A DNA stretch of 64,000 nt from Octopus vulgaris (taxonomy: Eukaryota), in assembly GCA_951406725.2 (NCBI GenBank), contig OX597822.1, positions 53,816,001 to 53,880,000 on the forward strand, given 5' to 3'. The notes below the pieces were generated by a model. The model saw nothing but the letters and a program-made list of their open reading frames with translations, had not been told where the DNA came from and made no database searches. The position numbers and the translations under genes were made by a program. Shown one piece after another: positions 27,306 through 38,016 of this stretch (positions within the stretch are counted from its first letter, which is position 1; the number at the start of each line of letters is the position of its first letter).

Positions 27306-28391
27306 CTGTAAAGAAAAAAGTGAAGGATGAATAATTTTTTAAGATTATTTCCCTCAACAAACAGTTTTTACAAGACTGTTATTCGAGTTAACGGGTTGTA
27401 TAAAAAAATACAAAGCCCAAAAATAGTCAATTTAAACTGTTGATACTTTAATATTTTAGAAAAAAATTCATAGTTTTAACATCCACTTTTCCATGATTGC
27501 CCAAGTCAGAGTTTATTGAGGCCGATTTTTCTATGGTCAGATGCCTTTCCTGTTGTCAACCGTCACCTGTTTATAAGCAAGGTCATATTCCTCCATAGCC
27601 AGGCATATTTCTGCCCATGACACTGCTTGTATAACAGTGACACCTATTTACAACCATCATGCAATGTCGAGGAGCCACAAACATACAAACACACACAATG
27701 GAGTTCTTTCAGTTTTCATTTACCAATTCCACTCTCAAGACTTTGGTCAGCACAGGGCTATAGAAGACCCCTCGAAAGTGCTGCATAGTAGCACTGAGCC
27801 CAAAACCACATGGCTGCAAAGTAGGCTTCTTAGCCACACTGCCATACTTTATACATGAGTAAGCTAGTCAATAACATCTGATGCTAAGTTGTTATAAGTA
27901 GCCTTTGTTCCACTCAAGCCAACAAGTCACTCAACATGCTAGAAATAACAGTCAAATCTTTCATCTTCAAAAATAGGATACATTGCATGTGGTCCAGTGC
28001 TAGCAAGAAATAGAGGGGAGGCTGGTTATAGTTGGAATGTCTTTGATCCATTAGGATTGATCTGATGGAAAACTGCAATTTTTCTCTAGTAAAGATTTCA
28101 TTATTTAAAGTCCGTTCCATGCTTGTATGGGTTGAAAAATTTGACAGGTTCAAGGACTGCGTTGTGCTACTTTGGCATGGTTTCTATGGCTGGATGCCCT
28201 TCCTAATGCCAACTACTTAGCATGCACTGGGTGCAATTTTCAGGCCACTAGTGAAGTTCCGATGTAGCTTGCAAAACTATGAGCCAACAGGGGTGGCCTT
28301 ATGTAAGGAGATGAGAATTTAAAGTATAGGAGAAGGGGCTAGAGCAGAACAGGTTTCTTGCTGTAAAGGGTCGACATGGCGAAGACAATTT

Positions 28392-28971
28392 GGGTACTAC
28401 TTAAGAAAAGTGGTCCCGGTGCGCGCACTCACGCTAGCTATTCGTGACTAGTCGATCCTACAACGGCTACCTATTTTTTTACTACCCACAAAAGTCTAAA
28501 CACAGAGAAGACGGACAGACGGATTAAGTCGATTATATTGACCCCAGTGCGTAACTGGTACTTAATTTATCAACCCTGAAAGGATGAAAGGAAAAGTCGA
28601 CCTCGGCGGAATTGGAACTCAGAGTGTAACGGCAGACGAAATACTTATTTCTTTACTACCCACAAGGGGCGGTACTACTTGAGAACAGTGGTCCCGGTGC
28701 GAGCAAGCTAGTCGTGACTAGTCGATCCTTACTTTGTGTTATTTACTTTCCTTAAATCCTTAAGCTGGGGCACCACCGCTGTTTAAAAATCACTTACTTT
28801 GTGTTTTATTTACCTTGCTAGGTAGTCGATGTAGGATCGATTAGTCATGACTAGCTAGCGTCGATGCGCGACTACACGCACCGGGACCACCGGCTACACA
28901 CAGAGGACAAACAAGGACAGACATCGACCGCGACTGCGCACGCACCGGGTTCAGTCTTCGCTAGTAGTACC
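28392..28971. mobile_element. Rearranged Merlin-like MITE with captured SINE-B segment
   Basis: The ggtactacttaagaa.agtggtcccggtgcg terminus occurs at 28393 and again at 28671, with inverted caccgggaccac and ...gtagtacc at the right end. Related to 57127-57389. Confidence 0.6.
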
Positions 28972-29014
28972 TCAAGAGTGTATGAGTGAAGGGAGGGTAG
29001 ATACGCGACACCTG

Positions 29015-30568
29015 TAAAAATTGGATCGGGTCCAAAGGTGGATGCAGTGAATGGTGGATAAGGGGTGAAGAAAGTATTACCAGACTTGATACCAAATGAA
29101 GAAGAGTTATGATAAAGTATTGAAGAGCAACAACTTGCCCAATTTTACAATAGATTTTTGTAAAGGTTAAAAACTGGATAGGGTCCAAAGGTAGATGCAG
29201 TGAATGGTGGATAAGGGGTGAAGAAAATATTACCAGACTTGACCCCAATTGAAGAAGAGTTATGATAAAGTATTGAAGAATTAATTACACAAGTTTGTAG
29301 CAACAACCTGCCCATTTTTACAATAGATTCTTTGTATAGGTTAAAAATTGGATAGGGTCCTAAGGTGGATGCAATGAATGGTGGATAAGGGATGAAGAAA
29401 GTATTAGCAGACTTGACCCCAAATGAAGAAGAGTTATGATAAGTATTGAAGAATTAATTATACAAGTTTGTAGCAACAACCTGCCCATTTTTACAATAGA
29501 TTCTTTGTATAGGTTAAAAATTGGATAGGGTCCTAAGGTGGATGCAATGAATGATGGATAAGGGGTGAAGAAAGTATTAGCAGACTTGATCCCAAATGAA
29601 GAAGAGTTATGATAAGTATTGAAGAATTAATTATACAAGTTTGTAGCAACACCCTGCCCATTTTTACAATAGATTCTTTGTATAGGTTAAAAATTGGATA
29701 GGGTCCTAAGGTGGATGCAATGAATGGTGGATAAGGGGTGAAGAAAGTATTAGCAGACTTGACCCCAAATGAAGAAGAGTTATGATAAGTATTGAAGAAT
29801 TAATTATACAAGTTTGTAGCAACAACCTGCCCATTTTTACAATAGATTCTTTGTATAGGTTAAAAATTGGATAGGGTCCTAAGGTGGATGCAATGAATGA
29901 TGGATAAGGGGTGAAGAAAGTATTAGCAGACTTGACCCCAAATGAAGAAGAGTTATGATAAGTATTGAAGAATTAATTATACAAGTTTGTAGCAACAACC
30001 TGCCCATTTTTACAATAGATTCTTTGTATAGGTTAAAAATTAGATAGGGTCCAAAGGTGGATGCAGTGAATGGTGGATAAGGGGTGAAGAAAATATTACC
30101 AGACTTGATCCCAATGAAGAAGAGTTATGATAAAGTATTGAAGAATTAATTATACAAGTTTGTAGCAACAACCTGCCCATTTTTACAATAGATTCTTTGT
30201 ATAGGTTAAAAATTGGATAGGGTCCTAAGGTGGATGCAATGAATGGTGGATATAGGGTGAAGGTAGGGGTGAAGAAAGTATTAGCAGACTTGATCCCAAT
30301 TGAAGAAGAGTTATAATAAAGTATTGAAGAATTAATTACACAAGTTTGTAGCAACAACCTGTCCATTTTTACAATAGATTCTTTGTGTATGTTAAAAATT
30401 GGATAGGGTCCTAAGGTGGATGCAATGAATGGTGGATAAGGAGTGAAGAAAGTATTAGCAGACTTGATCCCAATTGAAGAAGAGTTATAATGAAGTATTG
30501 AAGAATTAATTACACAAGTTTGTAGCAACAACCTGCCCATTTTTACAATAGATACTTTTGTAAAGGTT
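29015..30568. repeat. Tandem satellite, about 9 copies of a 173-174 bp unit
   Basis: ttaaaaattggatagggtcc recurs at 29167, 29341, 29514, 29687, 29860, 30033, 30206 and 30392. The first unit is shorter; one unit has a 12-bp insertion. Confidence 0.95.
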
Positions 30569-30590
30569 GTGAAATGTGTGTGTGTGTATA

Positions 30591-31070
30591 CACTTGACCC
30601 CTATTTCACACAGCTACATAAACACATATATGAGAATAGCAAACATATTTGGGGGTACTACTTAAATACAGAGGTCCCTAAAAACTAACCCTAGAAGACC
30701 TCTGTATTTTAGTAGTGACACATATTTTAACTATGCACAATATGGGGAAGAAACTTTTAATTTTCTATTTCTTAATGCTGACGTCGTATTTTCAATATTT
30801 GATAAAAATGGACGTTACACATTCAAACTGATAATATTTTATAAAAGTTACTTACTGGGACAAACATTGTATGATTAAAGGACTAAGAAATAAAAAAATT
30901 AAAAGTTTCTTTCCCATATTGTGCATAGTTAAAATATGTGTCACTACTTAAATACAAAGGTCCCGTAGGGTTAGTTTTTAGGGACCTCCTTTTTTTTAAG
31001 TAGTACCCCCAAATATGTTTGTTATTCTCATATATGTGTTTATGTAGCTGTGTAGAATAGGGGTCAAGTG
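30591..31070. mobile_element. Foldback MITE with about 180-bp inverted arms in HUS1 intron 1
   Basis: cacttgacccctatt...gggaagaaacttttaatttt pairs with aaaattaaaagtttctttccc...aataggggtcaagtg. Confidence 0.85.
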
Positions 31071-31137
31071 TCAAAAATCATATTGGACTGAAAAATATAT
31101 TTCTTGTATCAAAAATTCTGAATAAAATGTTACATAC

Positions 31138-31189
31138 GAGTAAAGTGCTGTATTGAGCCGATGTCGACCAACTTCGCCCTGAACCTCAT
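31138..31189 (-). CDS. HUS1: HUS1 exon 1 (start codon)
   Basis: ATG AGG TTC AGG GCG AAG... gives MRFRAKLVDIGSIQHFT, then a gtatgt donor. 52 bp, phase 1, joins exon 2 in frame. Confidence 0.95.
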
Positions 31190-31410
31190 GACAAAATGGA
31201 CGTGCAGGAAAAATACTTCTTCCCGCCTGCGTCACTAAAAACACAAAATAATGTCAACTTAGTTACAATTACATTTTTAAAATAAAATCTGATTTATTAA
31301 CTTTAGTAAGTAAATAAGATAAATAATTTACATAAATATTAAAAATATATTCTTTATCAAAATTGCTATTCCGTCACGTTGCCGTATAAACACGCCGACT
31401 CTACCAATGA
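31190..31410 (-). promoter_or_regulatory. Putative HUS1 promoter and 5'UTR
   Basis: Local CpG enrichment. E2F-type TTCCCGCC at 31220-31227, TGCGTCA (CRE-like) at 31228-31234, YY1-like aaaatgg beside the ATG, cgtcacgt near 31372, CCAAT near 31404. Confidence 0.5.
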
Positions 31411-31752
31411 ATGGTATTTTATTGTTTTATTTTTTAGATATATGTAAGTAGTAAATCATAAATGATTATGGTGTTTCGATAGCAAATATTTTAAATAAAT
31501 TTAAAAAATAAACTTTATTAAATTATTGTAAACTTAAATTGTTCATTTTTAACATATAGTATGCTAATATATAGCAAATGTTGCTCAAATAGAAATTAAG
31601 ATCGGTGTCGGAAATTTTGAATTCCGAATATTTTGACAACGATTTTATAAAAACAGAAAATATTTTCTTCAAAAAATTTTTTAATTCGATCATCAAGCGT
31701 GTTTGAAATATAGTTGAGTATATATAAATATTATTCGAACAAATTTTACCGT

Positions 31753-31825
31753 GGCCCTGTGGCCTAATGGATAAGGCGTCGGCCTCCGGAGCCGAAGATT
31801 GTGGGTTCAAGTCCCATCAGGGTCG
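31753..31825 (+). tRNA. tRNA-Arg (anticodon CCG)
   Basis: 73-nt cloverleaf: acceptor GGCCCTG/CAGGGTC, D arm GCCT/AGGC, anticodon arm TCGGC-CTCCGGA-GCCGA, T arm GTGGG-TTCAAGT-CCCAT. TTTT at 31842-31845. Confidence 0.95.
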
Positions 31826-32442
31826 ATATTGAAAGGTATAATTTTCCTGACCTATGATTTGTATCTTACCCTATTCTATTCAGAGTTTTATTTTACTTTG
31901 GAATGAATGCAGTTTTCCTCTTTTCTTTCCGTAATTATCTATCCCTTTTGTAAACAAACATTTATCCGTAACCAACATATATTATAACTCTTCATTACTT
32001 GTTCTGTCTACAATATTTCATCAGAATCACTTGTAAATATTTCTAATGAGTATAGTGGTATACTTTAATAAATGTTTATATCTATTGACCTGGACAGCTC
32101 ATTACTTTCTCCGCGTTCAAATTCCGCCTAAACCAGTTTTGCTTCCATTTTTCTACAGTTGATAAAATAAAAGTATTGATCAAGTATTGAGATCGATTAT
32201 AGCGACTATTCTCCTTCCCTTAAAATTCAGACTTTGTTAGAGATTATATTTGAGATCATTTGCTTAACGCCTTTTGATAAATATCAATTTGTTCTACCAA
32301 ATGGAACACGAGTCATACAACTCTTGGAAACAATAAGCAGTTAATTAAATAATAATTATAATACAGTTCTATATTTAAGAAATGAGGAATTATGTACATT
32401 ATTTACATTTGATGGATATTTGTCCTCATCTTGCTTGTTTTT

Positions 32443-32488
32443 AACACAACGTTTCGGCTGATATACCCTCCAGCCTTCATCAGGTGTC
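32443..32488 (-). ncRNA. Minimal type I hammerhead ribozyme
   Basis: Minus strand: gacac CTGATGA a GGCTG gagggtatat CAGCC GAAA C GTT gtgtt. Stems I and II pair and stem III is the palindrome ACGT. Confidence 0.75.
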
Positions 32489-32700
32489 TTGGGGAAATTT
32501 CCAACTTGGGTTCTCATTCCTAAGGTATTTTTCGATGTTGTTGTTGTTGTTCAGGTTACTGCCTGGAATCGAACTCGGAATCTTGGGGTTAGTAGCCCAC
32601 GCTCTTAACCATGGGTATATGGCATAGTGATTAAGAGCATGGGCTACTAACCCCAAGATTCCGAGTTCAATTCCAGGTAGTAACCTGAATAATAATAATA

Positions 32701-32750
<50 letters not shown>

Positions 32751-32819
32751 AACAACAACAACAATAACAACATCAAAAAATACCTCAGGAATGAGAACCC
32801 AGGTTTGAAATTTCCCCAA

Positions 32820-32865
32820 GACACCTGATGAAGGCTGGAGGGTATATCAGCCGAAATGTTGTGTT
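32820..32865 (+). ncRNA. Minimal type I hammerhead ribozyme, second copy
   Basis: gacac CTGATGA a GGCTG gagggtatat CAGCC GAAA T GTT gtgtt. One C>T change in stem III relative to the left copy. Confidence 0.7.
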
Positions 32866-33334
32866 AACAACAAACAAGATGAGGACAAATATCCATCAAC
32901 TGTAAATAATGTAAATAATAATTATAATGATTTATAATTATCATTTATCTTTTTTTTATCTTTTATTTTTTAAATTTTACTTGTTTCAGTCATTGGACTG
33001 CAGCCATGCGGAAACAACCCTTTAATGGTTTTAATCAAACAAATCAATCCCAGTCTTCATCATTATCATCATCATCATCATTTAGCATCTGCTTTCCATG
33101 CTGGCATGGGTTAGACAGTTTGATTGGAACTGGTTAGCCAGAGAGTTTTATCAAGTTCCGGCCTGATTTGGCATAGTTTCTACAGCTGGATGTCCTTCCT
33201 AATGCCAACCACTCTAATAGTGTAGTGGGTGCCTTGCTCATGTTAGCAACAAGGGTGCCTTTATATGTCACCGACACTGGCCACAGCTACAAGTTCACTT
33301 GGCTTGATGAGTCTTTTCAGGCACAGTAAATCAC

Positions 33335-34380
33335 CAAAGATCTCGATCACTTATCATTGCCTCCATGAAACCCAACATTCAAAGATCATGCTTCACCACC
33401 TCATCTCAGGTCTTCCTTGGTCTACCTCTTCCACAGGTTCCTTCCACAGTTGCAGATTGGCACTTCTTTATGCAGTTATCCTCATCCACATGCATCACAT
33501 GACCAGTGCAGTCATCTCTCTTGTACACTACATCTGATGCTTCTCATGCTGAATTTTTCTATTAAGAAGCTTACACTCTGTTGTATATACACACTGACTT
33601 TGCACATCCAGTGAAGCATATCATCATCATCATCATCATTGTTTAACGTCTGCTTTCCATGCTAGCATGGGTTGAACGATTTGACTGAGGACTGGCGAAC
33701 CAGCAAGCCTATGCATGACCTCTGCAGACACAGCCCATGACCTCTGCAGACACAGGCATCATACATTCTGCCTTTCACTCTGAGGGAGAGGCCCTTTGTG
33801 ACCAACAAAGGGAGAATACCCCTGAACTTTACCCAACCTATTCTTATTGTAGTAGCTAAGCTCTCAGAGCATCCACCTCCACTGCTGACTTTGTCACCTC
33901 GATATTGAAAGTTATTAACTACTACTAGGTGTCCCACCAGGCATTTGATGGAGTCTATTTTCTGTACATTTCTTGCATTTATTGTACCTGTACATCTGCC
34001 ACACACAAAAACTATTTTTCCTGTTAACCTTCCTCTGATAGTGCTGCACCTTATTGAGTTTCTACCTATGCCTTTTCTTCATATCAAGCAGTACCATCTA
34101 TCTCAAGGGATTTGTGATTTATCAGCTTTCCTACTAAGACTTTGGTTTTTGTTAAATGAACTCTAAGGCATTGATTTCAGACCTTACTTCCACACTTGAA
34201 ATTTTTTCTCCAGTTCTGGTGGTGATTCAGCTACAAGAACAAGAACATCAACATAGAGGAGATCCCAGGTAGCAGCCTGATTTAAATTTCTGTTATTACC
34301 TGGAGGTCTATAATGAACAAGAGGAGATAAGGACTTTTGGTGAACTCTTACTTGTAAACTGAATTTATTGCTACATTTGT
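33335..34380 (-). mobile_element. RTE-clade LINE 3' fragment with Cys-rich insert, interrupted by a short (CAT)n-tailed repeat
   Basis: CGRCTG...VVVNNFQYRGDKVSSGGGCSE...RIGWVKFR...LSLRVKGRMYDACV. Degenerate LLYVD-like site near 34250. Confidence 0.75.
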
Positions 34381-35119
34381 TGGGAATGTTCGTTATAAAC
34401 TATATAACTATTATTAATGCCACTTTTTAGTAGTATAGCATAATAGGAGGAGGGTAACACATTTGAAAATATTCCTCTCAAAGTATTGGTTATGTATCTG
34501 ATTTATTGTATCAAATAACTTGGTTTAATTATTTGATGAGGGAGGACAGTTTTAATGCCTGTATATAGTATCTTCATTTGGTTTTCTTTGATCATGTTTC
34601 GAGCGGTATATAGGAAATTGACAGGGCTTGCATTAGTATGAATAATGCATTTCAGGTTATGCCCTTAAACATGCCTATTCGGTCCTTTCTAAACATAAAT
34701 ACTGTGGCCATCCATGCTGTGGCAGAAAGCTAAACCATCATCTCTATATAAACTGGATATATATACTCTAGATAATACTGGTTTAAAATTTTGGCACAAG
34801 GCTAACAAGTTTGAAGGAGAGCTAAGCCGAATATATAGACCCCAGTACTCAGCTGGTACTTATTTTATTGACCCCAAAAAGGATGAAAGGCAAAATTGAC
34901 TTCAGTGAAATTTGAACCCAGAACATAAAGAAGGATGACATGTTGCTGAGCAGTTTGTCTGGCATGTAAACATTTCCGCTAGCTCACTGCCTTGGGCTCT
35001 AGATAATATTTTCTGGTATGAAGAGGCCAGGTGAAGCCATTGTAAATCAGAAGCAACTTCTGAGATTCATCATTGATGATGGTAGTTTAGTCGTTTGCAA
35101 ATTGCAAGAATTTGGAACA

Positions 35120-38016
35120 TGTGTGCTTCAACATTTCCAAACAGAGTTTTTTTCCACTTTTGGTTGATCAGGATATAATTAACTTGTTACTTACTTCCAC
35201 TCATGTCTGAGACATAAGTCCATAACTTGCCCTTTTTCTTTTGGAACCGAGTATTTATAATAACCATATTGGTTTCCAATGCAAGGTCCAGGATTAAGTG
35301 GCCATCGTTGCTTGTCCATTCATCGAATGTGAAAGCACCATTTTTTGTTCCTATGTGTGCATTACAATTATCAAACAAGAGTGTCCTGTTGTGAGCTGGT
35401 ACTGAATGAATTACATCAAGATTGTTGTAGTGTTCTTCTGCATCTCATGAGCCTTCAACCAGGGCATAATATACAAAGACTGTTGTAGCAGGGTTTTCAC
35501 CAAAGTTATGGACACATGTGCTATTTTATGATTCCTACACCACCGCATACAGCACTGCTCTCATTCCTCCATGCTAATGTTGTGATGAGCCAACATTTTT
35601 CCAACTGGGTGTACTCTATCTCATCTTTGTGCATAATTTTGTGATCAACTATTGCTAGGATGTTCTTGTAATCTCTGAATAACTTTGCAAGTTTTAGTCT
35701 TTTATGCTCCAACCATATGGTGTGTATGTTTATAGTACCAATGCTTAAAGGTCTAATTGACCAGGTTTAACATGTTGATCTTTGCTGTCAGCCACATCTC
35801 TTCCATCAGGGTTTGAAGATACAGCATTATAAGTGCCGGATAAATCCTGGCATGCATCAACAACATATAGATTAGGGGCTTGAACCCTAGTGCAGCTAGT
35901 AAACCTTATCATTATGGCCTTTCAATGCCTTAATATTGACAGGGGTCATATGCTCCTCCTGTAGATTGCATTTCCTTATTAGTAGAGGCAGGATCTCCTT
36001 TGGTCAGTCTTCTCAAGTCTTGGCTCTGACCACAGAATTCTATCAGGATGAATCAAGCTCAGCTTGCCTACACATACAACACCAAAGAAAAAACAAGTAC
36101 ATAACTGATACATCCTGAAAAGTGATACAGATCTGCAGCTGTGATACCAATTTACTGCTCTACAAAATGGTTTGGAGTCAATAGAAAACCTCTATGAACA
36201 TTTTATCACAGCTAACAGAGAAGCAAAAGAACAAATGATACCATCAAAGAAGCACCATTCTAAGAAAAGAACATCAGCTTAACCAAGAGTTATTTCAGCC
36301 AGGAAGAATGTGCTAAGAGCATTTAACTGCTATCAAGAGAAGCCTAAGAAAGAACACAGGCTGGAACTACAAGCTGCCAAATCCACCCTTCGAAATGCCT
36401 ACAAAACTATTGAAGAAGAGGAATTGGACTGCATAACTGATTAAGTCAAGGCAGCCAATGCAAATTCAATGCACAGGGAAAGCTGGAAATTGATCAATGG
36501 GACAATTGGAAGGAAAGCAGCAAATTTGAGCATCATCCATGGAAACAGCAGTGAGGAGCAAGTCCAAAAGTGGTATCAACACTTCAGTCAGCTGCTCAGA
36601 TAGTGTTCCCTTGTAAGTTCCCTGGAGTTATCAAGAGGTGCAATCTGAATGAAATAATACTGGATTTTGTGAATAGGCTCTTGCAGAACCAGAAAAGTTC
36701 AGATGAGTGATCCAATATTGATTTGATGCCAATCCCAAAGTCAGGAAACTTCTGCAATGAAACTAACTACAGAGGAACTGTACTGTCCAATATCTTATTG
36801 AAAGTAATCAACAGGATTCAACTGGTGCTTGATAGCCACCTGAGACCAAATCAAAACATATTAAGACCAGGGAGATCCACAACATCTCAGATCATAGCCC
36901 TGAGGCATATCATAGAAGTTAAATAAAGACAGCTACCTACCATTAAAACCTTTGTGGAATTCAGCAAGGCATTTGACAGCATCCATCATTGCAAAAGGTT
37001 GAAGAACTCTCAAGCATATGACATTCCAGAAGAATTAGTTCTTGCCATTGCAAAGACCTACAAGAAGACCAGAGCTCATATGTTTTTGTCTGATAGAGAA
37101 ACAGAATTCTTTCAAATACTAGCTGGGGTACTACAAGGAGATATATTTGCATCTTACCTGCTGCAGTTGTATTGCATTATGCAATGTGGCATAATATAGA
37201 CAACAGTGACAAAGATCTTGGTTTCATCATAGAATGATAAAGACCATGGAGAGTACAAGCTATAATCTGAACTTCTCAGATGATATAGCATGCATATCTA
37301 ATGAAACAGATCAAGTTCAACAGCTGTTCAGCAGAGCAGAAACATCAGCTGCTAAAGTAGACTGCACACAAATGTCAAGCAAATAGAATACATATCTTTC
37401 AACCAATCAAATGAGACTGAATTGTTTGCTTTGAGCAGTTCCAAATTGAATGTTGCTGAAGACTTCAAGTACATAGATGGTTAGGTGAACAGTTTGGAAG
37501 AAGATATCAAGAGCAAGAAGGCACAAGCATGGACAGCCTGTGACAAACTAAAGGAAGCCTGGCACTCCAAATTGCCCAGGTAAATCAAGATCAAGCTGTT
37601 CATTGCAACTGTGAAACCAGTGCTGTTATATGGTTGTGGAACATTGACATTGACAAAGAAATTACTAAACAGGCTAAATGGGTGCTACACAAAGATGCTA
37701 CAAATGGCCCTAAATGTGAAATGGCAGCAACATATGACAAATTAATGCCTTTATGAAGACCTGCTGATAATTAGCAAGATCAGCCAAAGACAGCTGCAAG
37801 TATCTAGTCACTGCACATGCCACCATGAACTGGAAGTGTCCAAATTAGTCTTATTGAACCCACTTCATGGTGAGGAAAATGTTGTGACACATTGACAACC
37901 TGATTGCAGACACTGCCCTGGAATGTATCCAGGATATCAAGATAGTGATGATGGACTGAGAAATGTGGCAGGTAGACTTCGTTGATGTGGCCCAGGTTGG
38001 AACCCAGCTATAATAA
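35120..38016 (+). mobile_element. Near full-length decayed RTE LINE with inverted 5' part
   Basis: Endonuclease region on the minus strand (35120 to about 36000: GGVGI, NTRFQKKKGKLWTY). It continues on the plus strand from GSDHRI (about 36021) through the RT (NYRG, RPGRSTTSQI, KAFDSI, GVLQGD) to a (TAA) tail. ttggaaca flanks both ends. Confidence 0.8.

Larger units (their letters stand above)
32363..32913. mobile_element. Palindromic element: two head-to-head tRNA-derived SINE units with hammerhead tails
   Basis: Left arm about 32363-32611 (-), right arm about 32613-32913 (+). A box tggcatagtga, B box gagttcaattcc. Direct repeat aataataattataat at 32348-32362 and 32914-32928. Confidence 0.85.

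Noticed and set aside
30040-30540. 166-aa ORF with a repeated ~58-aa unit
   Set aside because: It arises from satellite units whose length is a multiple of 3; neighbouring 173-bp units break the frame and there is no recognisable domain.
29015-30568. CRISPR-like array
   Set aside because: Units repeat over their full length with no unique spacers, the context is eukaryotic, and there are no cas genes.
35930-36005. HDV-like ribozyme at the 5' end of the inverted RTE
   Set aside because: Plausible for RTE 5'UTRs, but the nested double pseudoknot could not be assembled from this sequence.
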